Origin: Harriotta raleighana
Lineage: Eukaryota
NCBI GenBank assembly: GCA_050575255.1
Contig: JBNZDD010013726.1
Coordinates: forward strand, 10,074,618 to 10,138,617
Length of the DNA: 64,000 nt
Direction: 5' to 3'
This document shows positions 1 through 11,762 of the stretch, piece after piece. Position 1 is the first letter of the stretch, and each line of letters opens with the position of its first letter. Both the position numbers and the translations under genes were made by a program. The notes beneath the pieces are model-generated. The model saw only the letters and a program-made list of their open reading frames with translations, ran no database searches and was not told where the DNA came from.

Positions 1-859
1 ATACCTTCTTGTAGTTGTAATCATCTTGATATCCAAAATATCCATCTGTGGATTCAAATACTTCTACTAATAATATAGTAATAATCCTTGCAAATGATAA
101 AATGTAGACATGTTTAAAATCAATATCTTATCTAACAGGTTGAAAGATCCGTCATGGTTTTAACACACGTTTTTTTGTGAATATTCTCCTGAATCTCACA
201 TCTACCACCCCCTATAAGTGATATTATATCTTGATGCATCTTGTATACATTTTCCTCTGCTATAGTGACTTACAATTTACAACTTTTCTCATTTCTTACT
301 TATGTTATCAGCACATATTATATTACCTTACTAGTGATCACCCTACAAATAGGAACAAGCCTCTGTAAAAAAACAAAGAAAATGTCCTTTGCTAAGTGTC
401 CTTAGTGTTAATCTCTTACTCACTGTCAGTGGTTCTGTTAATGCTTCCTTTGTTATCAAAATCCTTTGTTAATCTGTTAATGTCCCACCCCCAAAGGACC
501 ACTACAATTCTCCAAATATCTACTGAGATCTGCTGAACAGAAACTGTTTTGTAGCTTAATCCGTGATTTCCATCAGTTTCTCAATAAACGTTCGATTTAT
601 TTTAAAGTTTTCTGTAATTGGAAACATTTTCCAACGTATCGTTTTCATGTATTGTACATTTTAAACTATTTTATCCATTTTAGTTTACTAATCACGTAAC
701 TCCCATTACTAGCTAGTTATCTTCCAGACAATCAAGAGTATTCCTCTGTATTCATTGTGGGGCAAAATGATTAATGAAAAGAAAAGACCTCAAATGCTGA
801 CAATCAGCAATAAAAGTAGAAAATGCTGATTATCCATTGCAGGTCAAACAGAATCTAAC

Positions 860-1400
860 AGTGGCAGATAAGGTCACTTGGTATCACTCGCCTCCGAGTG
901 AGAACTCTGTGGATTCAAGCCCCCATGTCCTGACTCAATTTAGAACATAAGAACATAAGAATCAGGAGCAGGAGTAGGCCATTCAGCCCCTCCAGCCTGC
1001 CCCGTCATTCAATAAGATCATGGCCGATCTTCTGACCTAACTCTAATTACCTGCCCTATCCCCATATCCCCTAATCCCTCTATTTTTTATCATAGGTGCC
1101 TTGCTTTGAATCAGCTGTGAAATCATGCTTCTGTTAAGGGGGACAGTAAGATTCCTTTCGCAAAGAGAAGAGAGTTTTTCTCCCGGTTTCTTGGCCAACA
1201 ATTCCCAAATTAATTTGGTCATCCATTTCATGGTTATAATCGTAGTTATTTCTATAGTTATATTTGTTTCATAGTTATAATCTAGAATCATAGTTGATTA
1301 CAGAACATTGATGTACTTACATTGGCTGCCAATCTCTATTCTTTATAATAAATCCAGTGAAGGTGCTTTGAGACATCCCGAGGAGCTGATATGGTCCTAT
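860..1400 (+). mobile_element. DeuSINE (SacSINE1-like) relic, interrupted by a CR1 tail
   Basis: tRNA-like head (ggtatcactcgcctccgagtgagaac...ggattcaagccc), Deu-like core (gagaagagagtttttctcccggtttcttggccaacatt) and L2-type tail (gtgaaggtgctttgagacatcc). Family assigned from recalled consensus. Confidence 0.65.
942..1080 (-). mobile_element. CR1-type LINE 3' end
   Basis: (agaacata)2 terminal repeat followed by aggagcaggagtaggccattcagcccctccagcctgc...aagatcatggccgatc, the typical chondrichthyan CR1 3' tail read in reverse. Confidence 0.85.
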
Positions 1401-1439
1401 TGTACTGCATACTATAAACAATAATAATTATTATTATTG

Positions 1440-2510
1440 TAAAGTGAAATGCTTCTACTTTTTTGATTCACTGATGGATTTAAAAGATATATTTTTACCA
1501 AATCTCTAAGAGCAATAAAGCACCTTTCTTTGAAAACCAGGAAGCGAGCAGATAGTACAGAGGTAAATAAATAAGCACAAGGGTTGTCTAAATGTACATT
1601 TCAGCAGTACCTCCATGCTCAACGCAGTCTGAAAGATGCAGATTCTATTTAGAAAGTACTTTGCTATGTGTTGGCAAAGCTATAGTTTAATTGTCTTCTT
1701 CTTTTTACATGGATTGTAGAGCATTCCATTTGTTCCGTTCTATTTCTCCATCTATTTAAACATCTAAAATATTATACTATATCTTACTGTCATGTTCTGT
1801 ACCTCTCTTGTATGCTTAGTTCAATTTAAAAGTAAAATTCCTGTTCTAGGAAATGGACAGGCAAGAATCTGGGCTGAAATCCAATGCACACTCAGTCTAA
1901 GACAGTCTGCATAATTATAGTCAAACAATTTCTCTTGTTGTTAAGTGTATCAAATGGGATGATGTGACTTATAATGAGACACTCGCAATGCTGCATTACT
2001 TCCAGTGTCTGACACTTAGTCAGGATCTTTCATAGTTAGTGCATGAGAGTATCCATCACAATTCTAAAGTTAAATGAACATTTAAATGTATTTTTTCAAC
2101 ACTGAGCCATATATTGCCAGTCAGCATCACGAGACTTAAACCAGCAGTGAAAGTAGTTGAGAGGTATGGGATTTATCCAGTAGGATATATACTGTACTTC
2201 CTTGTTTGTATTTTATCATAATACTCTTGACAGAATGCCTTCTCGTCACAAATAATGTTTTTGAAACACTTCAGACAAAAAAATAAGTCATTTTAAAGAA
2301 TTGTGTTTTCTTTCCTTGTGGCGAAATGGATTGTTAGTATTTGTTGGGGATCCAGATAAGGCAGCAGAGATTATTTGCCTTGTCACTAGCCTGAGGGAAA
2401 CTGACTGTTATTCTTGTCTCTTCCCACATAACTTTCAGAATATAAACATCATTGTAGTTTCACAATCCCACATTTCTGCTCTATTTTGCAAAACTGAGAT
2501 TAAAAAATCG
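1440..2510 (+). mobile_element. Ancient DIRS1-like relic (RT to RNase H)
   Basis: Frameshifted peptides in order: TDGFKRYIFTKSLRAIKHL (cf. KDGGLRPILDLRALNKFL), SLKDA..RKYF, RA/IPF..SISPSI (cf. RALPFGLSSAPRVF), FPHNFQNINIIVVSQSHISALFCK (cf. FLPHLQ..VLVQSDNTTAVAYINK). Confidence 0.5.
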
Positions 2511-2750
2511 ATAACATCACTCCCTGAGGGATGTCCTCCTGACATGAAAGGTGCTTTACAAACGTAATTTTGTATTATATTTTGAATTTACCTCTAATAT
2601 TTTCTCATATATTTTGGTTTGAGAAGTTTTTGTAACAATTTTACACTTGTACTGAACCAGTTTATTGTGTAACATTTGCCTCCACTATCTTCTTAGCTCT
2701 GCAAATTCTGTTCTTTGCAAAGACTGTATTACACCCGATGTTGATCATTT

Positions 2751-3060
2751 AACAACAACAAAATTAAATTTACATAGCATCTTTCATGTCAGGAGGACGT
2801 CCCAAGGCGCTGGACAAGTTACTGCTTCAGACCCGAGCTAAGGGCAAGGGGTGGGTGGGGGCAGGGGCAGGAGGTGGGAGTGGTGGGGTGGGCCAGAAGT
2901 CGACCATCAAAGAGGAGAGTCTTGAGGGGAGACTTGAAGGAGGCCAGGGAGGGTGCGAGGTGGAGGGACTTCGGGATGGGGTTCCAGAGGTTGGGGGCAG
3001 AGTGACTGAAGGCTCTTCCGCCAATGGCTGGGCAGGTGGGTCAGGGGACGTGGTGCAGGC
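2751..3060 (-). mobile_element. L2 LINE 3' end (ORF2 C-terminus plus tail)
   Basis: Reverse translation IGGRAFSHSAPNLWNPIPKSLHLAPSLASFKSPLKTLLF; tail gggacgtcctcctgacatgaaag followed by (tgt)n. Confidence 0.9.
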
Positions 3061-3234
3061 CATTGAACAACAACAGGTATCAGCTTGACTCAGTTGGTAT
3101 TTCAAGGATAATTACGAACAGCAAAATATAATAATATAGAGAGCAACCTTCCTGAATGCACAACAGGAGGAAAGGAAGAGGAGTTTCAAGATGTTTGACC
3201 GAAGGCACGATGAAAAAATAAATGCATTATAACA

Positions 3235-3505
3235 AGTGCTTTAAATGTGGGGAAAGAGGCTACGAGTTAAAGGGATTTTGGAAGGGAGTTCTGCAGAGTT
3301 GCGTCTAAAGACTCAGCTGCAGACGGTAGCGCAGAAGAAGTGGGGAACACACGGGCTGACCAGAGCCGGAAGAACACGGGGGTCATGTGGCAAGAGAACA
3401 GAGCTAAACGGGGATTGGCGAAGTGAGGAGGAGCCAGATCACGGACGATTTTTGAAGGTCAGAATGAGGATCACAAAATGAATTCACCGGGAGCCAATGG
3501 AGCCC
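3235..3505 (-). mobile_element. Older L2 ORF2 fragment
   Basis: Reverse strand gives LHWLP then ILILTFK and DLAPPHF, matching the L2 motif LHWLP..RI.FKILLLTFKAL.GLAP.YL. Confidence 0.7.
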
Positions 3506-3539
3506 TTCGTAAAGCATGAGGTTATTTAGCAAAAAACAT

Positions 3540-5620
3540 TCATTCACTTCTTGGAAGAGTTCGACGACCACAATCTTAGGGCCTGCCTCGCGCGAGTACT
3601 AAACCGTGACACTTGAGCTGGTAAAGTCGATGCAAATCTCCTGAAATTGCATTGTTTTTTTTTTTTGACATTCCAATCCAGGTAACAGTTCCTTTCGGTT
3701 GCTGCTTACCAGGTGGTTTGCCTCCCTCCATAATGAGAGCATGCTTTGTATACTGCTTAGTGAAAGGTTGCACACATTATTGTTGCTCCCATCCTTCTTG
3801 CATGACAAAACTATCAATTTCACAACTCCTCTGGAGACTCTGCCTCCATGTTTGTGGAGCAATTCCAGGCTCACCTGAAGTCATTAGTCATTTCATGCTG
3901 CAAAGCTGACACTATTGCAAGCCTGACCCACTTATGGAAATTTAGCCACAGAACTAACAAGCTCTTAAAAGTTTGTGCGCTGGACAAGGCAGCTCTGGAA
4001 CCACTGTCTAAATTCCCTCATTTTGACACGTCCTTTTAAGTTCTTCGTAGACGGGAGCTTCTGCAGAAGACAGAGAAATCTGTCGAGCTCCGGGTGTCAG
4101 TGGCCATGCTCACATGTCCTGTACCGAGAAGCATTGATTCTTCCACCATTTCCAAAGGTCAGATGTTTGAAAAGATATTTCATAAATTACCATCTGTTAA
4201 CGTGGGACTATTTGCTATCCAAAAAAAGTTCTTTTTTTTTTCTGACAAGCAAACCCTCCCAAACACCCTGATTTATTCTTATGTCCATAGAACAGTTGTA
4301 AGCTCAGGGGTCTCCAATTTAATGCCAATGGAACCTCCACATAATAACTTCAGTTCCTGTTGGCTCAACTCTATGTTTTCATTTTCCAAGAGCTTGGAAG
4401 TGGGGTTAACTAGTTCTCAACCTCCAACTATTGAATCAATTTGTGAAGTGAAAAACCTGTCAAGATGGAATTTTTTTTTTTTTTAAAAAGCCAAAGGATC
4501 TCAAGATGAATCTATTTGGGAATGATTTCCTTGATGGATTTCCAGTTTAAAACTTCTTACTTAGATCTACTTTCTTTTGTCTCTCCACTACTTAGAAAAC
4601 AAACAAACAAACAAACAAAGTATTGGACATTTCCACCTTCATCGCAGCTTGAACTCCATTGGAGAGGAAATTTCACATCAATCACCCCAGAGCTGTCGAT
4701 GATTGTATTTAAAGCCCGCTTTACCCTCAAGTCTTCAGACACAGCAAATCTTGTTTGGGAGTGTATTCTGTCTGAATAATAAAGGTGCCCTTGGTTTTAT
4801 TTTGTTGTATGTATTCTGGAATATGTACAGTACTATGTTGTATGTGTGCTGGAATGGCCATGTGTACAATTGGTTATCCTAAATGGAAAAAATAATGTGT
4901 TGTGATATAAAACTCTCTCCAAGAAATAAAGCCTGTAGGCTCAATTATCTCTCTTACATCAGACCTTAACAAGTTTTACAGATTTTTTAGATATCCATGT
5001 TTGGCTTAAGTTTCCTTCTTAGTTGAAGTACAAGAACACAACTCTCTACAACAAAGAGAGAGAGAGAAAAAACGATGGACATTGGCCTTCTCCCGGATTC
5101 ATTAAAGAGTAAATTTCAACTTTGTGGAATTAATGTCTTGGATCTATTTCTTCCGTGAATGAGCTACAAGATCATAATTTTGGGCTGTTTTCAACCATTC
5201 TTCCACCAGTACTCTAGCAGTTACAGTTTGGCTATGACCAAAGTAATGTTTATTTTAATTTCCTCCTTCTCATCAATCCAGTCAGTCCTCACAAAGTTTT
5301 GCAATCCTTCCTCATCCTTCCTTTGAATTATGCCCCAGGCTTTGATTTCAGTCACTCCTTTCCCTCTTAATGGATGTTCTTCGTTTTTTGAGCAAGGTGA
5401 CAGAGATCATGTCCCTCCCCAACCAGGAGGTGTTGTCATTATCAGTGGCTGATTTATGATTGCATGTCTTATCTCAAGGGACTCTTCTGTACTACTGGCA
5501 TTTCAGAAGAGACTATTCTATTCATTCTTATCAATGGTAAGAGTTCTAATTAGCCGGGAGAGTTCTCCCAGGGAATAATCTTAGATGCCTTTGCTGTTCA
5601 TAATATTTTTAAATTATACC
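3540..5620 (+). mobile_element. Ancient DIRS1-like relic (RT end, RNase H, MT-like, tyrosine recombinase)
   Basis: Ordered motifs: LLGR; KLSISQLL..EQFQAHLK (cf. LHINLLEL..FQPHL); FEKIFHKLPSVNVGLFAIQKKFFFFS (cf. FQ.I...WG.P.VDLFA...KLPRFFS); LIYSY; DLNKFYRFL and *VSFLV (YR, cf. WDLN.VL and KVAFLVA); QWLIYDCMSY; QGIILDAFAVHNIFKLY. Confidence 0.6.
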
Positions 5621-5699
5621 AAGTTCTGTACGAAACTGGGATGTTCTGAGGAGATGATATAGTTCAAAGAACTCGAAAGAAAAACTTAACAAATGAACA

Positions 5700-6360
5700 G
5701 ATAAATGGAAAAAAAAAAAGCTGTTTAATATTCAGGCTTGATACTGAAAATATGATGGAAATGTGTAGTGGTGGTACTTCAAATAAAATTAATCGATATG
5801 GTTTGTTGTGAACCAAAGTGGAAAAGGAAAAGTATTTGACTATGATAGTTGAGTAAATGTTGCAGCAATCGTCAGAAGGTAAGATAGAGATTGACCAAAT
5901 AGACCGCTGAGGATCCATAAAACATCATTCAAAAGAATTGATAAAATGACTGTACAAATCAATGCTTAAATCATATATGGAATATTATGCCAGTATTTCA
6001 TCAGCGTAGTTACAATGAAAGTGCCAGTGGATTGATTCAAAGGACTGCTAGTCCTTCTAGCGCTTGTTCACTGTGGCAGGAAGAAAGGATAAGAGAGTTC
6101 AATCTGTTCTCATTAAGACAAAAGAGCATTGTTGAGGGGAACACAAAACAAGTCTTTAACATCACGAAGGGAGTTGAATATGGAGAAGCAATTTGTGTAG
6201 AATCAGGATAAAAAAAATAATTATTAGACGAGTGAAACATAAGCTGGATATGTAACAGCAACAAATTTATTCACAGTTGTTCATTTCAGAATGACTGCCA
6301 CTTAGAACAGAAACGTGGACTTGGTTAATGTATGCAAAAGAAAATAGGCAGATTTTGAGT
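5700..6360 (+). mobile_element. CR1 LINE ORF2 C-terminal fragment
   Basis: RSIKHHSKELIK*LYKSMLKSYMEY (cf. RGIEYKSKEV...LYKSLVRPHLEY) and EERIREFNLFSLRQKSIVEGNTKQVFNITKGVE (cf. [30 protein letters not shown]). Confidence 0.8.
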
Positions 6361-6434
6361 TCAACAGTTTTTAGAGGAAAATAAACTTGTTGTTAAGGCA
6401 GTAATAGTTTAGAATTTGTCACACCATTTAGAGA

Positions 6435-6560
6435 CCATTTCGCTCACAAAATATACAGTTGATTCACTTTAAAGTATATTCTGTGAAGCGCTTGAGATTC
6501 TCAACGATGTCATAAGGCACGATATCAAATGCAAGGATTATTATTATTTATTATTATTTT
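6435..6560 (+). mobile_element. 3' part of tRNA-derived SINE
   Basis: cacaaaatatacagttgattcact...ctgtgaagcgcttgag...atcaaatgcaaggattattatt, same family as 7026-7332. Confidence 0.8.
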
Positions 6561-7025
6561 GAATGGGATGCTAAATGATGTGAGGAAAATGGAATAGACC
6601 TAGTTTTCTCCTGTTGTACATTATTATGTCCCCTAGGAAGAATTACCACAAAATAATCTCAGCAGTAAATGTTTTAGGGGAGTATCAATTGGATTGGACC
6701 AAAATCCAGATGTGGTGTTTGAACTCACATCCTTCTGACACAGAGGTGACAGGCTGAAGCCTAGCAACTTTTTAAGCACTTTTTTGTTCTGATTTGTTTC
6801 TATTTCTGGTGTCAGAAATCATCTGATATCAGACTGCTATCAGATCTCTTTCAGGGTGAATCAGCTTCAAGGAGACACACCTGGAAAATTCACTCCATTT
6901 GAAGGCATTGGTGGTATTTTGACTGATTGGTTTGGTTTCATCCAGTGAGACACGGAGGAGTAGATGTATTCTCAGTTCTCAATACAACAAACCAAAGCTC
7001 TAAAAGTTACATTGATAAAAGGTGG

Positions 7026-7332
7026 ATAATAATAATAATAATCCTTGCATTTGATATAGTGCTTTACACATCTTCTAGACTTCTCAAAGCGCTTCACAGA
7101 ATATGCTGTAAGTAAATTGACTATATGCAGTATTTGTGGGTGAAACGCGGCAGCCATTTGCAGTGTCCCACAAACAGTCATGGATTGAAATGACCAATTT
7201 TTTTTGAGGGATTGTTATCAGGCATGTGGAGTAAGGAAACTTGCCCAAAGTTTCGCCCTGACATGTCTGGAATCGAACCCAGGTCTCTCGCTTATAAGGT
7301 GAGTGCTCTAACCACTGAGCTACAGGACTCCC
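7026..7332 (-). mobile_element. Full-length tRNA-derived SINE with L2-type (TTA)n tail
   Basis: Reverse strand: gggagtcctgTAGCTCAGTGGttagagcac (A box)...GGTTCGATTCC (B box), body, then aagcgctttgag...atcaaatgcaaggattattatt. Multiple copies in the window. Confidence 0.92.
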
Positions 7333-7449
7333 ACAATGGTGATTTGGATCATTATATAATAGGAAAAATAAAAATAGAAAAAAAAAGTTATTACAGTAGT
7401 AAGTTTGCACTGGTTTGTTGTTGTTATTCGTAAGTTACACATTCATCAA

Positions 7450-8880
7450 TAGTATGATTTACATGATCTATTTCTCTCAGATTTTCTTTCTTGCAGCGAC
7501 TAGCAATGCGAATCACTTCAGGCTATACTATGTATACTAATATAAAGCTGATGTGATGCTACCATCACACACGAGTACAATTGAGGCCAGACTATTTTTA
7601 ACAAGAAAGAAATGTGGAATTCATCATGAAGCACAAGTGGTATTTATGGTGAGGTGAAGAGTAAAATAAGAAGGAAACCTTTTTCCAAATAAATTATTAA
7701 TGTAGTGAAAACATCACAGATTGTATAATTGAGACACTGTTATATTTTATAGAGCTTATACATAACATTTACATTTCCTGAAATTAAGACTTCACTTACC
7801 ATACAATTCTTAAAAGCACCTTGAGGGGAATTTCACACTGATGGTAATTTAATCAATCTATAGCATAAATAATGGAACAAAAGAAAGCTTGAAAGGAATT
7901 AAAATATGTTGTGGGGAAAGGAATACAATAGTTTAATTATTACTTTTACTCAGATGTCAGCTACTTTACAGCCAAAAAAATACATCATGGAAAAATGTCA
8001 GAGGTGACACATTAATGTTCAAAATTATTCTAGCATTGACTTAAGGTTAGCATAAACCTCTGGCCATAAAAAGCACTGTGACACATGCAACAAGAAAATC
8101 AGAGGCAGAGTAAACTGGGGTCCTACTTTAAATTCTTTGTTCACAACAGAATCATGGTAGTATTCACTCTAATAATAATGCTTACATTTGATACCTAGTG
8201 TTGCATTTCACATCAGGGGGATATCTCAAAACACTTCACAGAATTCTCTGTAAAGTGCAGTGGCTGTATACTTTATACAGACTGATGATAGGACAAGGAA
8301 AAAATTCCAATATCGGTCCACTAAGTATTTGTATGAAGGACAAAAGTTTAAAGCCTTTCAAAAGGAAAGTTGGAACAGGCTAGAAGGAGGAAGGTGGCAA
8401 TGCATTAGCAATCCCTCTAGACTGAATATAGTACATGGCCCAGCAATAGCACTAATGCTACTATTAGTTGCTCTACCATGGGCCCTAATGGATTGAGACT
8501 GCCATAAACCTTTTCAGAAACTTCAAGCTGTAAAAAAGACTCTCATGGGGGTCTTTCCATATCCAGAGTTGAGGACTTCCTTGTTGGAAGTAATATCATC
8601 AAATCCAGTCATGAGACCCGAGGAGACAGACCAGGGCCATTGAAACCCAGTGATGGGCACTTCTCATCATCTGAAATGTGAGCTGGTATAACTATTATTC
8701 TTCCACCTTCAGAGGAGTCATGCTAGTAGTCTTTTGTTTCTTATGGACCCAGTGTTTCTTTGTCGAGTTGCAAATCAACAAAGCCCACAGAATCAACTTT
8801 AGCATGTAATAGGATTTGATAATCCTACAGAAATAAATGTATGTTGACTGCAAAATAGTGACAATGCGGTTACTGTCTTT
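7450..8880 (+). mobile_element. Ancient DIRS1-like relic (RT to RNase H), with a SINE tail inserted at ~8170-8270
   Basis: ARLFLTRKKCG (cf. SRLFLVPKKDG), IQFLKAP*G (cf. YQFKALPFG), INL-/-KLQAVKKTL..VFP (cf. HINLLELQAVRLAL), HVIGFDN (cf. HIPGVDN). Confidence 0.5.
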
Positions 8881-8929
8881 CACCTTTAGTGTTTCTGTAA
8901 CAGATAATCAATGACCTGTCTTCTAATGT

Positions 8930-9270
8930 ATTGGTATAACAGGAAATTTAATAAAGAGTTGGATAGATTTTTGGTTGAGGAAATGATGAGAGGTACAAGC
9001 AAATAAAACTATTTGGTATTTGTCAAGCTTTGGGACCAACTAAATGTTTTTTTTTCACGTTTTGTACACAAAGAATTTTTTTTATTCTGTAATGGGAGAA
9101 TGATAATCTAGATCAAATAAACCAGAGAGTTCATGTGGAATGCTGTACCCCAGAAAGCTGCAAAGGCGGAATCGATGTAGGGAGTGTGTAACGAAGGTAT
9201 AGAGAAAGTTAACTGAATTGTTTAAATATTTAAGAGCAAAGCAGAACCATGGATAACAGAGGTCTGAAGC
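8930..9270 (+). mobile_element. Degraded CR1 3' fragments
   Basis: aaagagttggatagatttttggttgagg and cagagagttcatgtggaatgctgtaccccagaaagctg resemble the end of CR1 ORF2. Confidence 0.5.
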
Positions 9271-9281
9271 AATAATGTCCC

Positions 9282-9343
9282 CCGCCTTGGGACGTCTTCC
9301 TGACGTGAAAAGCGCTATACAAGTGTAATGTTGTTGTTGTTGT
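9282..9343 (+). mobile_element. Short L2 3' tail
   Basis: cgccttgggacgtcttcctgacgtgaaaagcgctatacaagtgtaatg followed by (ttg)n. Similar tails at 2522-2570, 32205-32270, 46875-46938 and 48604-48668. Confidence 0.85.
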
Positions 9344-9449
9344 CATCATCTGATCTTATTTGTACAGGCACTTTAAGTGAATGCAAACTCAAGCAAATGC
9401 TTGATTTATTGAATTTACCCCATCCTCCATTACTCAGTGTTTGGAGCAG

Positions 9450-9990
9450 GTTTACTAACACTGTAAACTCGAAGCCTCCTCTGACAATAGCATATCTTTG
9501 ATGCGCAATATCACTACTGCGGCCGAGTATTTCTAGACCCTCAGAAACGACTCCAGTACCCAGAAAAATTCTTCGTCATCTCTTTGTTGTCTCCTCTGGT
9601 AATTCCATTTGATATCTGCAGTAACTGGCCTTTCTGCTGACACCAGACATACTGTTGACTTTGGCGGGAAATTCTAAAAGTGTCTGGATTCTGTTCACTG
9701 AAATTCTGGTCTGGAAAAACGTTTAAAGCTATGTTTTACAGTGTGTGAGGAAGTGCATCTTAGCATCTGCAAAATTGTCTTTCGCTCCTCCTGTGAAAGT
9801 CATGCATGCGCTGAATTCTGATGCCAGTTGTTGAATAGTTGTTTACATGCCTTTTGTTACAATTTGCATGCCCCATTATAATTGATTGACTGGTGACTAT
9901 TTCATAGAGCATTGTGTGCTCTATGAATTAGCACTTTTGCATAGGGACAAAGAGGTTCAATTACAACACTACATTACAGGAGAGATTATG
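9450..9990 (+). mobile_element. Possible DIRS1-like RT relic
   Basis: LRHLFVVSSGN..YL, VTGLSADTR and F*KCL resemble LRFVV.G..YQ, PFGLSTAPR and FTKCL. Confidence 0.35.
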
Positions 9991-10014
9991 GTTATGAGTA
10001 TGATGATTACAATT

Positions 10015-10355
10015 ATAGTTCAAGCCCCATGTCGGATCTTTGAACTCCTGTCTGAGCTGACACTCCAATAGAGTATTGGAGCTGTCCGCCTTCAGATAAT
10101 ACGTTAAATCGAGGTATAATTTTGCCTGTGCAGATGGACGTTAAAACATTCCATGACATGACTTCGAAAGACAATGGAGTTTCTGCTGTTCTCCTTGCCA
10201 ACTGTTCCTCAGATAAATTTGATCATTTGGCTGTTTGTGGGACATCGGTGTGCAAAAATTGGCTGCCATGTTCGCTAATGCACAGTCACTACACTTTATG
10301 GAAAGTTTGTGAAGCCCTTTGAGATGTCTCGTTGTTGTAATGCAAGTATTATTGT
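10015..10355 (+). mobile_element. DeuSINE (SacSINE1-like)
   Basis: gttcaagcccc...gctgacactcca...cttcagataatacgttaaatcgagg...gctgtttgtgggacatcggtgtgcaaaaattggctgcc, then L2-type tail. Confidence 0.8.
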
Positions 10356-10406
10356 TAACGTGCTTGTTTGCTGCAGTAGGGAGCAAAATGTATTTAATGT
10401 CACATC

Positions 10407-10494
10407 AAACCAGAAAATGCTGGAAATTCAGGGTGATCAACATCTGAAGAGAAAGATAGATTAACTTTTCGGGTGTAATCCATCATCGGAACTG
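10407..10494 (-). mobile_element. Penelope-like terminal-repeat relic with mutated hammerhead core
   Basis: cagaaaatgctggaaatt...catctg...; reverse strand reads cagttCCGATGAtggattacacccGAAAagttaa. Same family as 62967-63142. Confidence 0.6.
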
Positions 10495-11037
10495 AGGGAT
10501 TTTGAGGATTCACGGTGTTTCTTTTCATCTGTGTTTAATGTTGGCATGTCAAAGTTTGTATATCACTGCAGTAAAGAATAATCTTCCATTGCATTCAACC
10601 TTATTGCTTTTTTTTTTCCATCCTGCCTGTGTACAATTAATTATAGTGCTGTAACTTAGTTTAAGGTACCGAATGATTCCTTCCTTAAATCCTCGAAAAG
10701 AATGTAGATCATTTACTTCATCTTTGACACCATTTTAAATGTGACAAATTTAACAAGTACACTGTGTCCCAAGACCAGGTGGAAACTTGCCCCCCCCCTC
10801 CTACTTTGGTATGAGCATCTCTTTTGAAAATAAGAAACTTTATTTTATCCGATTCTGGAGTTTTCTGAAGCAGGTGCAATTTATATGTTTTGTGCCTCAT
10901 TAACACCATCAAAAATGTGGTCTTATTAACAGCATACTCAATTACCCATTTGTGCCTTTTAAATAGCTTATAAAATTGTACCATTGGCCCAGAATCCGCC
11001 TTGCCAGGTCATTGACATGTGTACAGATTATGCCAGA

Positions 11038-11390
11038 TTTGGCTCAGTATTAGGACTCTCGCTTCTGAGTCAGAAGGTTATGGGTCCGAGTCTCAAGTCA
11101 GCATTAGAACTCACGCAGTCTAACCTAACAGTCCAATCCAGTTGTTATCTTTACATCGTCCTTCTGATGAGACATTAAACTATTTAACTCAGGTCCTGTT
11201 CCTGTTCTGGGGGACATTCAAAAAGAGAAGGCAGTTTCTCCAGATGTCCTGACCAACCAAACCCTCAAATAAAATTGGTCATTTGTTTCATGGCTACTTA
11301 CCGAGCTTCCATTTAACAGCAAATCCTGTGAAGAGTTTTGAGACGTCCTTCTGACATGAAAAGGCGCTATAGTCATTCCAAGGATTATTC
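11038..11390 (+). mobile_element. DeuSINE (SacSINE1-like), near full length
   Basis: ggctcagt..actctcgcttctgagtcagaaggttatgggtccgagtc head; ctgatgagacattaaac Deu core; tail gagacgtcc..atgaaaaggcgctat..caaggattatt. Confidence 0.8.
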
Positions 11391-11602
11391 TCCAATATCT
11401 AATATTAATTATTGGCAATCACAAGTAGCAGTTATTCAAAATGGCATGGCTGAACATCAGGCAATCAAAGAAATGTAATATTAAAAAATATATAGGGTTT
11501 CATTTGCGGTATTTCTTCATCATAGGAAATCCAAATTAGATGTACATCACATCACCATGGGGGAACGCCTCTTTCCGTTCTGGTGGGCTGACGTAGATTC
11601 CG

Positions 11603-11762
11603 TAATAATAATAATAATGCTTTGTTACATTTTCAAAATGTCTCACAGCACTTTACTGTAAACTGAATTGACTATATATTTTGTGGGAAAAATTCTACCA
11701 AGCGCTTTGAGATGTCGATAAGATGCGAAAAGCGCTCTCCCAAATGCAAGGATTATTATTAC
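11603..11762. mobile_element. Two SINE 3' tails in opposite orientation
   Basis: Left: (aat)n...ctgtaaactgaattgactatatttttgtggg on the minus strand. Right: aagcgctttgagatgtc...caaatgcaaggattattatt on the plus strand. Confidence 0.7.

Noticed and set aside
4305-4317. hAT-like terminus CAGGGGTCTCCAA
   Set aside because: No matching second TIR or TSD found; it lies inside a DIRS-like reading.
7260-7332. tRNA gene (also 35540-35610 and 61690-61760)
   Set aside because: These are SINE heads: A and B boxes run directly into the SINE body with no proper acceptor stem.
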